In this document: in pieces, positions 63,397-64,000 of the stretch
Layout: the number at the start of each line of letters is the position of its first letter
Numbering within the stretch: position 1 is the stretch's first letter
Assembly: GCF_009914755.1 (NCBI RefSeq)
Contig: NC_060939.1
DNA length: 64,000 bases
Direction: 5' to 3' (one strand)
Source: the human T2T-CHM13v2.0 reference genome, Homo sapiens
Notes under the pieces: model-generated
Databases searched by the model: none
What the model was told of the DNA's origin: nothing
Seen by the model: only the letters and a program-made list of their open reading frames with translations
Translations under genes and position numbers: made by a program

Positions 63397-64000
63397 GTAT
63401 TAGTCTGTTCCCACACTGCTATAAAGAACTACCTGAGACTGCGTAGTTAATAAGGAACAGTGGTTTAATATATCCACAGTTCTACAGGTTGTACAGGAGG
63501 CATGACTGGGGAGAATTACAATCATGGTGGAAGGCAAAGGGGAAGTGAGCACATCTTACATGGCTAGAGAAGGAGGAATAGATAGAAGAGGGAAGTGCCA
63601 CACATTTTTAAACAACCACATTTTGTGATAACTCACTATCACCAGAACAGCAAGGGGGAATCTACCCCCATGAGTCAGTCACCTCCCACCAGGCCCCTCC
63701 TCCAACATTGGAGATTACAGTTTGCCATGAGATTGGGAGGGGACACAAATCTAAACCATATCATCCTGCCCCTGGCCTCTTCTAAATAACATGTTTTTTC
63801 TCATATTGCAAAATACAATCATTGCTTCTCAATAGTCACCCAACTCTTAACTCATTTCAGCATTAACTCAAAAGTCCACAGTCCAAAGTCTCATCAGAGA
63901 CAAGGCAAGTCCCTTCTACCCATGAGCCTGTAAAATCAAAAGCAAAGTTATTACTTTCAATATACAATGGGGGTACAGGCATTGGGTAAATACCCTCATT
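63397..64000 (-). mobile_element. MSTA-like LTR (63397-63763) and MST internal sequence
   Basis: TGTATTAGTCTGTTC..CTGCTATAAAGAACTACCTGAGACTG...AAACCATATCA. Confidence 0.88.

Overview
Primate (human-like) genomic DNA made almost entirely of interspersed repeats: Alu, L1PA, older L1M, ERV1/ERVL/MaLR LTR elements, Tigger DNA transposons and MIR. No intact cellular protein-coding gene, tRNA, rRNA or CRISPR array is visible, and essentially all ORFs in the supplied track are repeat-derived. Beneath the repeats the window is an old local amplification. At least six diverged copies of one L1MC-type unit share the same internal deletion junction and lie in both orientations; later insertions differ between copies. 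The only substantial apparently unique island (about 28.8-33.6 kb) holds a candidate, heavily decayed FPR-like (chemoattractant) GPCR pseudogene on the + strand. It is preceded by well-formed splice signals, including a possible 6-nt micro-exon or recursive AG|GT site. The inverted paralog of the island has deleted this segment. Repeat subfamily names are recalled from memory of consensus sequences and boundaries are approximate; no database search was run.
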